Positions 27,915 to 36,994 of a DNA stretch of 64,000 nucleotides are shown here, one piece after another; positions within the stretch are counted from its first letter, which is position 1; every line of letters begins with the position of its first letter. Origin of the DNA: an uncultured Chloroflexia bacterium (GTDB lineage: Bacteria > Chloroflexota > Limnocylindria > Limnocylindrales > CSP1-4); NCBI GenBank assembly GCA_963757765.1, contig CAVWSL010000015.1, positions 2,360,560 through 2,424,559 on the forward strand. The letters run 5' to 3'. Below the pieces are notes generated by a model. It did no database searches and was not told where the DNA came from. It saw only the letters and a list, made by a program, of their open reading frames with translations. The translations under genes and the position numbers were made by a program.

Positions 27915-29387
27915 ATGAGCACGCCTTCCGATCACGACCCGGCGGCATCGCCGAGCAGCTGGACGCCGCCACCTCCGACGGACTGGTCCAACGAGCGTAT
28001 GCCGGTGCTGCCGGCGGTGACCTCGGCGCCGGCAGCGCCTTCGTCGCGTACGCCGCTCGTCGTCGCTCTGGTCCTGGTGGCCATCCTCGCCGGCTCCGCC
28101 CTGTTCGCCGCCGGTTTCACGCTGGGCCTCCAGCAATCGCTGACACCCGGTACCGGCGCGGCGGAACAGGACCTGTTCGACCCGTTCTGGGAGGCATATC
28201 GCAAGATCAGCGCGGACTACGTCGGGAGCTACGACCCCAAGCTGCTCGTGGAAGGTGCCATCAAGGGCATGTTCGGCGCACTCGACGATCCCTACTCCTC
28301 GTACATGACCCAGCAGGAGTACGAGGCGAGCCTGTCGGGCATCACCGGCGAGTTCGAAGGCATCGGCGCGACGATGTCCGCCGAGGACGATGCGAAGCAG
28401 ACCTGCACCCCGCTCGGTCCGACCTGTCACCTCGTCGTGGTCAGTGTCCTCCCCGGTTCGCCCGCCGAAACCGTAGGAATCCGGGCCGGTGACCGCCTGA
28501 CCAAGGTGGACGGGGTCGCGGTCGATGGCTCGACACTGGACGACACGGTCAAGCGGGTGCGTGGGCCGCGCGGGTCGAAGGTCAACCTGTCGCTCGTCCG
28601 TGGCGACGACCCGGTCGAGGTCGCCATCACCCGGGATGTCATCCAGACCACCTCAGTCAGCGACCAGGTCCTCGCCGACGGGACGGTCGGCTACCTGCGC
28701 ATCGACGGCTTCAGCGGCAACGCGGCTGCCGACTTCCGGGCCGGTCTCCAGTCGCAGCTCGACCAGGGCGTCCGGAAGTTCGTGCTCGACCTGCGCGATG
28801 ACCCCGGTGGCTTCGTGGATGCGGCGCTCGCGATCGCCAGCCAGTTCATCGGCTCCGGCCCCATCTACTGGGAGGCATACGCGGACGGCAGCAAGACTCC
28901 CGTCGAGGCGGAGGCGGATGGCATCGCGACCGATCCCGGCATCCAGGTGGCGGTGCTCGTCAACGGTGGCTCGGCGTCCGCCAGCGAGATCCTCGCCGGC
29001 GCGCTCCAGGACACGCACCGTGGCAAGCTCGTGGGCGAGACGACGTACGGCAAGGGGACCATCCAGCAGTGGCACCTCCTGTCGGGCGAGGCGGGGGGCT
29101 TCCGGCTGTCGATCGCCAAGTGGCTGACGCCGGACCAGCACTGGGTGCACGGCACCGGCCTGACACCCGACGTGGTCGTGCCGTTCCCGGACGACACGCC
29201 ACAGGGCCAGGATCCGCAGCTGGCAAAGGCGCTCGAGATCCTCGCCGCCAGCCCCGGCGCATCACCCACGACAAGCCCGGCAGGCTCCGCGGATCCGGAC
29301 GCTTCGCCCGTCGCATCGGCAGCCTCGCGGGTCGCTGCCTCGGTCGTTCCCTCGGTCGCGTCACCCCCGGCGAGCGTGGGGCCCTGA
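27915..29387 (+). CDS. ctp: carboxyl-terminal processing protease (S41 peptidase with PDZ domain)
   Basis: It has an N-terminal TM helix, a PDZ domain (LPGSPAETVGIRAGDRLTKVDG), and an S41 catalytic region (VLVNGGSASASEILAGAL...TYGKGT). The ftsEX-ctp arrangement is common. Confidence 0.8.
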   Translation: MSTPSDHDPAASPSSWTPPPPTDWSNERMPVLPAVTSAPAAPSSRTPLVVALVLVAILAGSALFAAGFTLGLQQSLTPGTGAAEQDLFDPFWEAYRKISADYVGSYDPKLLVEGAIKGMFGALDDPYSSYMTQQEYEASLSGITGEFEGIGATMSAEDDAKQTCTPLGPTCHLVVVSVLPGSPAETVGIRAGDRLTKVDGVAVDGSTLDDTVKRVRGPRGSKVNLSLVRGDDPVEVAITRDVIQTTSVSDQVLADGTVGYLRIDGFSGNAAADFRAGLQSQLDQGVRKFVLDLRDDPGGFVDAALAIASQFIGSGPIYWEAYADGSKTPVEAEADGIATDPGIQVAVLVNGGSASASEILAGALQDTHRGKLVGETTYGKGTIQQWHLLSGEAGGFRLSIAKWLTPDQHWVHGTGLTPDVVVPFPDDTPQGQDPQLAKALEILAASPGASPTTSPAGSADPDASPVASAASRVAASVVPSVASPPASVGP

Positions 29388-29540
29388 CGAGGACACCCCT
29401 TGCATCCCGTGACGGGTTGGGCTAAGGTCGCTGGGAACGAAAGGAGGTGATGTGCAGTGATCGACAGTAAGCAGCGCTGCACCACCTCGGAGGCAGCCCG
29501 CTAGTCGGACTACCTTCGGGTGGTGATAGCAGCCACGAAG

Positions 29541-29576
29541 CGCCGGCCCACAATGGGCCGGCGTTCGTGTGTCTGG
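29541..29576 (+). terminator. putative intrinsic terminator hairpin
   Basis: A perfect 10-bp GC stem, CGCCGGCCCA (CAA) TGGGCCGGCG, followed by TTCGTGTGTCT. It lies between ctp and smpB. Confidence 0.35.
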
Positions 29577-29618
29577 GCCACGTCGTCCCGCGATCCGCGT
29601 CCCTCCAGGAGCCAGCAC

Positions 29619-30083
29619 ATGGGCGAGACCATCGCCGTCAACCGCAAAGCCCGGCACGAGTACACCATCGAGGACACCCTCGAGGCTGGGCTGGTGCTCA
29701 CCGGCACCGAGATCAAGAGCATCCGTGCCGGCAAGGTCAACATCGGTGAGGCACACGCGCGCGTCGAACGGGGCGAGGCGTGGCTCGTGGGTGCGCATAT
29801 CGCGCCCTGGGACAGCGCCAGCCGCTTCAACCACAGCGTCCGCCGTGACCGGAAGCTGCTGCTCCACCGCATCCAGATCGACCAGCTCGTGGGCAAGATC
29901 AAGGCCAAGGGCCTGACCATCGTGCCCCTCCGCCTCTATATCGATGACCGCGGTCGGGCGAAGGTCGAGTTGGGCGTTGCCCGTGGCAAGCAGCTTCACG
30001 ACAAGCGCCGCGACATCGCAGACCGAGATGCGCGTCGGGACATGCAGCGCGAGCTCGCCAACGTGACCCGGGGTCGCGGCTAG
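29619..30083 (+). CDS. smpB: SsrA-binding protein SmpB
   Basis: MGETIAVNRKARHEYTIEDTLEAGLVLTGTEIKSIRAGKVNIGEAHAR... is highly conserved SmpB. SD CAGGAG before the ATG. Confidence 0.9.
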   Translation: MGETIAVNRKARHEYTIEDTLEAGLVLTGTEIKSIRAGKVNIGEAHARVERGEAWLVGAHIAPWDSASRFNHSVRRDRKLLLHRIQIDQLVGKIKAKGLTIVPLRLYIDDRGRAKVELGVARGKQLHDKRRDIADRDARRDMQRELANVTRGRG

Positions 30084-30360
30084 CTCGCCTGCTTCGGATG
30101 GCGGCCAGTGTCCTGATTCGCAGGCACCCGCCCGCGCCTTACCACGATTCCCGGCCGCTCATCGCCGAGCCCGTGCCGGGCCACGGTTCGGAGCCGCCCA
30201 CTGCCTTGCCCGACAACCGGGTGGGTGGACCGGCGAGCAGTGGCGGGCCGCTCGGGCTTGGAGGGATGCCGGTGGTGTGCCCCGCTCCCGGGTGATCTAC
30301 CCGACCTTCGGGCACTAGCGACGTGGATGAGCGGAAGCGTGCACTTCGCCGGCCTACTCG

Positions 30361-30460
30361 CCCGCTGAGCGGGTCGGGTCGGGCCCGGTGCGCCCGGCGG
30401 GCCGGGTCGGGGTTGGGGCGGGTTGGGCCCGGTGCGCCCGGCGGGCCGGGTGGGCCCACC
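30361..30460. repeat. G-tract-rich tandem repeat / G-quadruplex-prone intergenic element
   Basis: A 27-nt unit, GGGCCCGGTGCGCCCGGCGGGCCGGGT, occurs twice at 45-nt spacing. Runs such as GGGTCGGGTCGGG and GGGCCGGGTCGGGGTTGGGGCGGGTTGGG fit the G4 motif. A CCCGC-TGA-GCGGG hairpin sits at 30361-30373. Confidence 0.4.
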
Positions 30461-30479
30461 TCGCTCGCTCCGCGGACCG

Positions 30480-31430
30480 TCAGCCGCGTTCGATGAGGGG
30501 CTTCACCTCGCTCACGAGCCGCTCCAGGCTCTCCTGGTCCCATGGCGCGGGCATCTCCACCAACAGGTGGTGGAAGCCGAGCTCGATGTAGGCCGACAGA
30601 CGTTCGGCGATCTGCTCGGGGGTACCGTTCCAGAAGGTGACGTCATCCTCGACATCGCTGAGTGGCGTCTTGTTGTACGCCATCGACACCTTCCAGGCCT
30701 TCTCCGCCTCGGCCTGCGAGTCGCGGATGATGGGCTTGGCACCGAGCGTGAACTCGATCTCCGAGATGTCCCGCCCAACGGCGTCGCAGTGCTGCTGCAG
30801 CACGTTCACCTTGTGCCGCAAGAGGTCGACAGAGCCCATCGCGTTCCACATGTCGCCGTACTTGGCGATGGTCCTGAGCGTCTTCTTCTCGCCCGAGCCG
30901 CCGATCATGATGGGCAGGTGCTGCTGGACCGGTGCGGGCAGGTGGCGCAGTTGGTGAAACGCGTAGTGGGCACCCGGTGCCGATGTGACGGTGCCGCCGT
31001 CGAGCAGCACCCGGCAGGCCGCGACGGCCTCATCGAGCCAGTCGAGCCGCTGTCCGAAGCCTGAACCGAAGTCGATGCCATGTGCGTCGTGCTCGAACTC
31101 GAACCAGGCACCGCCGATGCCCAGGATCGCCCGGCCTTCGCTGATGTGGTCGAGCGTGGCTGCCAGCTTGGCGGTCAGGCCTGGGTTGCGGAACGTGTTG
31201 GCACCCACCAGCAGGCCCACCGTGACCCGCTTGGTGGCCATCGCGAAGGCGGACAGCAGCGTCCAGCCCTCGAAGATGGGCTGCATCGGATCGCCGAAGA
31301 TGGCGTGGAGGTGGTCCCAGGTCCAGACGCCGTCGTAGCCCAGGCGCTCGACCTCCTGCGCGACTGCGATCTGTTCCTGCATCGTCGCGGCCTGAGTCCA
31401 GGGCAGGACGCCCAGCTTGAGTGTTGTCAT
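30480..31430 (-). CDS. LLM-class (luciferase-like) flavin/F420-dependent oxidoreductase
   Basis: MTTLKLGVLPW..., ILGIGGAWFEFEHDAHGIDFG... and PIMIGGSGEKKTL are typical of LLM F420-dependent oxidoreductases. The upstream ORF extension to 31676 is rejected. Confidence 0.8.
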   Translation of the reverse strand: MTTLKLGVLPWTQAATMQEQIAVAQEVERLGYDGVWTWDHLHAIFGDPMQPIFEGWTLLSAFAMATKRVTVGLLVGANTFRNPGLTAKLAATLDHISEGRAILGIGGAWFEFEHDAHGIDFGSGFGQRLDWLDEAVAACRVLLDGGTVTSAPGAHYAFHQLRHLPAPVQQHLPIMIGGSGEKKTLRTIAKYGDMWNAMGSVDLLRHKVNVLQQHCDAVGRDISEIEFTLGAKPIIRDSQAEAEKAWKVSMAYNKTPLSDVEDDVTFWNGTPEQIAERLSAYIELGFHHLLVEMPAPWDQESLERLVSEVKPLIERG

Positions 31431-31524
31431 GGCTGCAGTATCGGACCTCCGGCCGCTGGACACCATGTCCTTGCCGTGCAACGATGCCGGGCCGATCCCG
31501 AACCCCGGAAGTGAGGCACAACCG

Positions 31525-32166
31525 ATGGGCCGCGGTCTCTGGCGCATCGCTCTCATCTTGACCCTTGGCGCCGTCGTTGCCGGCTCGGCGAACGCTGTCG
31601 CGCAGAGCGCCGACCCCAACGCGAGCCCGCGGCCCAGCGCTACGCCCGCTCCGACGTCGACGCCCGCCCCGGTCATCTATCACCTGTATGGCGGCTACGA
31701 AGTGATCATGCAGGCGGGCGCAGGACCGCTCATGAACGAGTTTCGTTTCGACGGGTCCTTCACGCTCTCCGAGCGGGCCGCCGGAGACGCCTCGTCCAAG
31801 CCATCCGGTACACCCGACGGGACCGGCATCTACCTCGGCAGGGTCGGCCAGTTCAAGCCAGGCCAGACCCAGTGTGGACCCGTCGGTATGCGGTCGGTAC
31901 GGGACGTCATCGACATCGTCGCGACGGTCGATGGTGACCGCCTCGGCGTGTGGATCGTGCCCCATCCCCCGGCGAGTGATCCGCTGCTGGACGTCTTCAA
32001 CACCCGATTCTCACCGCTGGAAGCCGGTGCCAAGCACTTCGATGTACCCCTCACCGGCGGCAGTCTGACGTGGGGCGGTGGCTCTGTGCCGATGAAGATC
32101 GAGTGCGACGGCATCGAGCCAGGCAGCGCGGGCTGGATCGTGGTCGACAGACTCAGAAGCCCGTGA
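31525..32166 (+). CDS. hypothetical secreted protein
   Basis: Signal peptide MGRGLWRIALILTLGAVVAGSANAVAQS, then a Pro/Thr/Ala-rich linker. SD GGAAGTGAGG upstream of the start. Its stop overlaps the next gene's start (GTGA). Confidence 0.5.
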   Translation: MGRGLWRIALILTLGAVVAGSANAVAQSADPNASPRPSATPAPTSTPAPVIYHLYGGYEVIMQAGAGPLMNEFRFDGSFTLSERAAGDASSKPSGTPDGTGIYLGRVGQFKPGQTQCGPVGMRSVRDVIDIVATVDGDRLGVWIVPHPPASDPLLDVFNTRFSPLEAGAKHFDVPLTGGSLTWGGGSVPMKIECDGIEPGSAGWIVVDRLRSP

Positions 32167-35100
32167 GGGTCGCGCGGCGGGGCGCCAGCGTCGGTGTGGC
32201 GGCCGTCCTGGCCACGACGCTCCTGGGTATCGCGAGCCGTGACGGGCTGGTCACTGCGCAGGTCGCGGCCAGCGATCCCATCGGATGGTGGCGGAGCATC
32301 GTCGGGGCGGTTGGTGGAGCTGCCCCGGTGGTGGCCGACGGCGTCGCCTACACCACGAGCCCCGACGGGACCGTGACGGCCTTCGACGCGCTGACGGGTA
32401 CCCAGCGGTGGCGTGTCGTCGGCACGGAGAGCATCGCGGCGGCGCCGAGCGTCGCGGACGGTTCCGTCTTCGTGGCGGGCGACGCCGGTACCGTCCGGTC
32501 GCTGGACGTGGTGACCGGCGCTGATCGCTGGACTTCCGCGCTGGGTCAGCACATCGAAGCCGCCGTTGCCCTGGGTGTCGGCACAGCTTATGTCGGCGCC
32601 GGGACGTCGCTCGTGGCACTGGACTCGGCCAGCGGTGCTGTTCGCTGGGCCCTCGACCTCGGCGGCTCCCTGCTGACATCGCCAGTGTTCGTGGGCGACC
32701 GCGTCCTGGTGGTCAGTGGTTTCAGCCTGTGCGCCGTGGCGAGCGACACCGGGGTGCTGCTCTGGTGCCAGGACCTCGGGACGGCTCCGACGTCGGCGCC
32801 GTCGATGGCGAACGGCGCGGCTGTCGTCGGTGGCTGGGATGGCTCGGTGGTCAGCGTTCGTCTGGCGGACGGCGTGGTCGGGTGGCGCACCTCGACGCCG
32901 GACGGTGCCCCGGTGATGGCCGCCGCCGCCGCTGGTCAGGTCCTTGCCGCTGACGATGATGGTGGGCTGGCTGCGTTGGACGGCGCCTCTGGCAGCAAGC
33001 TTTGGCGGGCGGACCTTGGCCGACGGGCGCTGGGTCCACCGCAGGCCGCCGATGGGCTCCTGTACGTGACCACGGCAGACGGTGTGCTGCGGGTGCTACG
33101 CCCAGCAGACGGCTCGGTCGTGTGGACGTACGGCGTGGGTGCCGGCATCGCCCCAGCGATCGCGGCTGACGGCATCGCGTACGCCGCGACCAACGGTGGT
33201 GCGTTGGTCGCGGTGGGCGATGCGGCCGACCCAAGGCGGCCCCGCAGGGTCGGCGCAGACTCGGATGCCGCGGCGGCCCTGGGAGTGGCCGGCGGTGGTC
33301 CGTCGCGTTCCGGGTGGCAGCCGGGTCCCGGTCCCGGAGCCCCGCCGGTCGTGGCCTGGAGTCTGGACCTGGGCGCGGACATCGAGGCGGCGCCGGTCAT
33401 CGCCGATGGGCTCGTGCTTAGTGGGAGCGGTGCCTTCCTATTCGCGGTGGACGACCGGACCGGCCTGGAGCGCTGGCGCTACGCGACGCACAACCGTGTC
33501 TCCCAGTCGCCTGCCGCGGCGGGACGCCTGGTCTTCGTGGGTGATGACGACGGCGCGCTGTACGGGGTCGGCATCGGGAATGGGCAGGCCGCCTGGAAGG
33601 CGACGCTCGATGCTCCGGTGAGCGAGGCGATCGTGGCTGATGCTTACACTGTCCTGGCCGCGGAACGCGAGGGCCCCTTGGTCGCGCTGGATCCTGCGAC
33701 GGGACAGGAACGATGGCGCGTCCATGGCGGCAGCTCCCCGGCCATCGCGGGTGGCATTGTGTACCTCCACACCGCCAACGGCCTGCTGGCGGTCGATGAA
33801 GCGACCGGCAGCCCGCGCTGGAGGACATCGGTCGACTTCGAGGCGCCACCGAGCGTGTCGGGCGGAGATGTCTACGTCCGCACTCCCGACGGGCTGGTGC
33901 GCGTCTTCGATGCACTGACCGGGCTCGAGCAGCCGGTCACGATGAGTGGACGGGGCGGTCTCGCGATCGGGGACGGCGTGGCCGTGATGGGTGGCCCTAC
34001 GGCGCTCCTGGAAGGCGTCGACCTGACCACGGGCCGGACACGCTGGATGTCCGGGACCCTGTCGGATACGCCCGGCTTCGTACCCATCGCTCCGGTCGTC
34101 GCCGGTGACACCGCGTACGCGGGTGCCACGGACGGCAGCGGCACGTTGCTCGCGGTGGATATCCTGACTGGGGCCGAGCGTTGGCGGCATGCAGCGGGCG
34201 CCAACCAGATGCTGACTCAGCCGTCCGTGATCGATGGCGTCGTATACGTTGGCGCCGGTTCGACGCTCCTGGCGCTCGCCGCGCCCGATGCACTGCCGCT
34301 GTCGACCCACGAGCCGGAGCCGATCCCAAGCGGCGGGCTGGCCTCACCTGGACCAGGAGCATCGGCCGCAGCCTCGCCGACACCGGTGTCCGGTGGCATG
34401 CCCGGCGGGGATCCGGGTCGGTCGGGTGACCAGCCGGGGCCTGCGCCCCGGACGAAGCCTACCGAACGGTGGCGCTTCACCGCGGATGCACCGCTGGGCG
34501 GCACGGTCGTGGTCGATGGTGTGGTGTACGTGGTCGACGGCATCGGCACGGTCTACGCGATCGACGCAGCGGCAGGTACGGCACTCTGGCGCGCCGAGAT
34601 GTCGTTCGAGCCAGGGACGACCACCCCCCTGGTGGCCGATGGCGTGGTGTACAACCTCGACGGTGTGCTCCTGCACGCCCTGGACGCAGCGTCCGGCACC
34701 GAGCTCTGGATGGTGACCATCGAGAACTCGGGTGGCGGCCCGACGCTGGCCGGCAGCACGTTGCTCGCGAGTGGCTGGGGCACCGTGACCTCGGTCGATG
34801 TGGGCGGCGGGCGTGGGGTCATCCGCTGGACGTTCACGGACCAGCCCATCCTCGATGACAGCGTCGCCATCCTGGACCCCGCCATCGCAGGTGGGTCGGT
34901 GCTCGCGGTGGAGCCCTGGAGCCCTGGAGCGGGCAGTCCAGCGCTCATCTCGCTGGACGGCAGCACGGGCACGGAGCAGTGGCGGGCGGACGAGATCGAT
35001 GGCCAGCTGATCGTGGCGCCCGTCGCGGTCGCGGGTGGGACGGCGTATGCCGGTGGGGCGGAGGGGTCGTTGGGCGCATTCGATACCACGACCGGTGATC

Positions 35101-35447
35101 TCCAGTGGGCGGCCGACACCGGAGCCACGGTCACCTCGGCGCCTGCGATCGGCGGTGGGCTGGTCATCGTGGGCAACGCAGACGGGACTGTCATCGCTAT
35201 CGACGCAGCCAATGGCGCGGAGCGCTGGCGATACTCCGCGAATGACGTGGTCGCGGCCGCCCCGTCCATCGCCGGCGACACCGTGGTCATTGCGTCCAGC
35301 GACGGCTCTGTGTACGGGCTGGACCTGGCGTCCGGCCAGGGGTTGTGGAGCGTCGCCTCCGGAGGTCGGCCGGGCGGCTCACCGAGCGTCGTCGACGGCG
35401 TGGTCTATGTGACATCGGGTCAGGACGTCGTCGCGTACGGTCCTTAG
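32163..35447 (+). CDS. giant secreted PQQ-like beta-propeller repeat protein
   Basis: About 1,094 aa. Many repeats of [VL]xA[LF]D..TG...WR match the PQQ/BamB-type beta-propeller blade, arranged as several propellers split by Pro/Gly-rich linkers. The N-terminal RR-containing signal (VRVARRGASVGVAAVLATTLLGIA) is Tat-like. Confidence 0.75.
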   Translation: MRVARRGASVGVAAVLATTLLGIASRDGLVTAQVAASDPIGWWRSIVGAVGGAAPVVADGVAYTTSPDGTVTAFDALTGTQRWRVVGTESIAAAPSVADGSVFVAGDAGTVRSLDVVTGADRWTSALGQHIEAAVALGVGTAYVGAGTSLVALDSASGAVRWALDLGGSLLTSPVFVGDRVLVVSGFSLCAVASDTGVLLWCQDLGTAPTSAPSMANGAAVVGGWDGSVVSVRLADGVVGWRTSTPDGAPVMAAAAAGQVLAADDDGGLAALDGASGSKLWRADLGRRALGPPQAADGLLYVTTADGVLRVLRPADGSVVWTYGVGAGIAPAIAADGIAYAATNGGALVAVGDAADPRRPRRVGADSDAAAALGVAGGGPSRSGWQPGPGPGAPPVVAWSLDLGADIEAAPVIADGLVLSGSGAFLFAVDDRTGLERWRYATHNRVSQSPAAAGRLVFVGDDDGALYGVGIGNGQAAWKATLDAPVSEAIVADAYTVLAAEREGPLVALDPATGQERWRVHGGSSPAIAGGIVYLHTANGLLAVDEATGSPRWRTSVDFEAPPSVSGGDVYVRTPDGLVRVFDALTGLEQPVTMSGRGGLAIGDGVAVMGGPTALLEGVDLTTGRTRWMSGTLSDTPGFVPIAPVVAGDTAYAGATDGSGTLLAVDILTGAERWRHAAGANQMLTQPSVIDGVVYVGAGSTLLALAAPDALPLSTHEPEPIPSGGLASPGPGASAAASPTPVSGGMPGGDPGRSGDQPGPAPRTKPTERWRFTADAPLGGTVVVDGVVYVVDGIGTVYAIDAAAGTALWRAEMSFEPGTTTPLVADGVVYNLDGVLLHALDAASGTELWMVTIENSGGGPTLAGSTLLASGWGTVTSVDVGGGRGVIRWTFTDQPILDDSVAILDPAIAGGSVLAVEPWSPGAGSPALISLDGSTGTEQWRADEIDGQLIVAPVAVAGGTAYAGGAEGSLGAFDTTTGDLQWAADTGATVTSAPAIGGGLVIVGNADGTVIAIDAANGAERWRYSANDVVAAAPSIAGDTVVIASSDGSVYGLDLASGQGLWSVASGGRPGGSPSVVDGVVYVTSGQDVVAYGP

Positions 35448-35501
35448 TCGTCCGGCCCCGTGGCGGGCATGCCCCGACGGGGTGATAGAGTTGATGGTCG
35501 T

Positions 35502-35875
35502 GGGGATGCGTGGTCTCGACAGGGTCGGATCCCCGGAGAACGCGAGCCGAGGTTGTCGCTAGGCCTCGTTAATCAGGCGACAAAAAGAAGTAACTGGCAA
35601 CCGCCAGCCTGCTCTCGCTTTCGCTGCGTAAAGCAGTAAGGTGAGCGTGGAAGCAGCCTCATCCCCGTGGGCTGTGGAAGCGTCATTCAGCGGGGATGCG
35701 CTCCCGGTCAGCGTCACGTAGCCAGGAGCAAAGCCCGCAAGGGGACGTGACTGGAGCCCGCCGCACGGTGCCGATGCCGGATGACGGGTTCGACGACAAA
35801 TCATCGGACACGCTCGTAGTTGGTCTCCGGCTGAAGGTCCTGGACGGGGAGTTCGACTCTCCCCCATCTCCACCA
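35502..35875 (+). ncRNA. ssrA: transfer-messenger RNA (tmRNA, ssrA)
   Basis: The 5' end GGGGATGCGTGGTCTCGAC matches the tmRNA consensus GGGGnUGnnnGGUUUCGAC. The 3' end GGACGGGGAGTTCGACTCTCCCCCATCTCCACCA is a tRNA-like T-arm, acceptor and CCA. The acceptor 5'-GGGGATG pairs with 3'-CATCTCC. An internal tag ORF at about 35596-35631 encodes GNRQPALAFAA*. Confidence 0.85.
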
Positions 35876-36084
35876 CCCCCCTTCCGCGCGGCCGCGATCA
35901 GGGCCGGTCGCCCCTGTCCTGGGCCGAGACCCAGCGGCCGGCACCCCTCGGGACCGGCGCTGTCCCGCACGCCTGGAAGCTTCCGCCGCTCCGATCTCGA
36001 GATGCGTCAGCGCGCACCGGGGTGCTCGGCGACGATGGCTGGCGATCGTCAAGTCGTGCGGTGGCTTGACCGGGCGGCCGATGC

Positions 36085-36098
36085 TTGACTATCGTCAA
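36085..36098. promoter_or_regulatory. palindromic putative operator (TTGAC-TATC-GTCAA) with extra TTGAC/GTCAA half-sites upstream
   Basis: A perfect inverted repeat lies 6 nt before the ATG of the MarR-GNAT gene. Upstream copies are ATCGTCAAG at 36047 and CTTGACC at 36065. Confidence 0.3.
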
Positions 36099-36103
36099 CT
36101 ATC

Positions 36104-36994
36104 ATGACCGATGCCGACGTGCGGCGGGTCCGGTCGTTCAACCGGACCGTCGGTCGCACCATCGGTGCGCTCGACGACCACTTCCTGGGCCGCGACCGAC
36201 CAATGGGTGAGGCGCGGGTACTGTGGGAGATAGGGAACGGCGTCGAGGTGTCAGAGCTTCGTCGGCGACTGGGTCTCGATGCTGGCTACCTGAGCAGGCT
36301 GCTCCGCTCCCTTCAGCGGCAGGGCCTGGTCATCCTCGACATCGGTGGGCGCGATCGGAGGGCGCGTCGTGCGATCCCGACCTCGGCGGGCGCGACGGAG
36401 CAAGCGGAGCTCGACCGGCGCTCGGACGCGATCGCGGTCGCGTTGCTCGACGGACTGGAAGTGAACGACAGGGCGCGTCTCGCGGAAACGATGGCGGAGG
36501 TAGAGCGGCTGATCCTGCGCTCACAGACGGTCATCGCACCCGCCGCGGCGGCCAGCGCCGAGGTCCAGACCTGCTTCTCGCGCTACGTCGCCGAGCTGGA
36601 CGAGCGGTTCCGCACCGGTTTCGACGTGACGCGCAGCAATCGCGCCGACATCGCCGACCTGACCCCGCCCCACGGTCTCGTGCTCCTTGCGCGTGTCGGC
36701 GACGACCCCGTCGGCTGTGGCGCGGTGCTGCTCCACGGGGACGGCATCGCCACCCTGAAGCGAATGTGGGTGGCGCCGCGCGTGCGTGGGACTGGCCTGG
36801 GCCGACGCCTGCTCGTCGCGCTCGAAGACCAGGCGGCCCGTCACGGCGCGGCGGCGATCCGGCTCGAGACGAACCTGAGCCTCACGGAGGCCATCGCGAT
36901 GTACCGCTCGGCCGGCTATCAGGAGGTCCCCGCCTTCAACGACGAGCCATATGCGGACCACTGGTTCGAGAAGCGGCTCGACGTCGGCCGCTGA
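36104..36994 (+). CDS. fused MarR-family HTH regulator / GNAT N-acetyltransferase
   Basis: The N-terminal winged HTH is LWEIGNGVEVSELRRRLGLDAGYLSRLLRSLQRQGLV. The C-terminal GNAT motif A is RMWVAPRVRGTGLGRRLLVALEDQA. Confidence 0.75.
   Translation: MTDADVRRVRSFNRTVGRTIGALDDHFLGRDRPMGEARVLWEIGNGVEVSELRRRLGLDAGYLSRLLRSLQRQGLVILDIGGRDRRARRAIPTSAGATEQAELDRRSDAIAVALLDGLEVNDRARLAETMAEVERLILRSQTVIAPAAAASAEVQTCFSRYVAELDERFRTGFDVTRSNRADIADLTPPHGLVLLARVGDDPVGCGAVLLHGDGIATLKRMWVAPRVRGTGLGRRLLVALEDQAARHGAAAIRLETNLSLTEAIAMYRSAGYQEVPAFNDEPYADHWFEKRLDVGR

Noticed and set aside
29400-29540. Possible small RNA or tiny ORF (AAGGAGGTG-ATG-TGC-AGT-GAT-CGA-CAG-TAA, peptide MCSDRQ) between ctp and smpB, ending in the terminator hairpin.
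   Set aside because: The ORF is only 6 codons and there is no recognisable RNA family. It is kept only as context for the terminator feature.
30084-30480. Expected location of ssrA immediately downstream of smpB.
   Set aside because: There is no GGGG...UUCGAC 5' motif, no tRNA-like 3' end and no tag ORF here. The real tmRNA was found at 35502-35875.
35559-35876. A 105-aa minus-strand ORF (MVEMGESRTPRPGPSAGDQ...).
   Set aside because: It is the reverse complement of the tmRNA gene. It starts exactly at the complement of the CCA end. It is an artefact.
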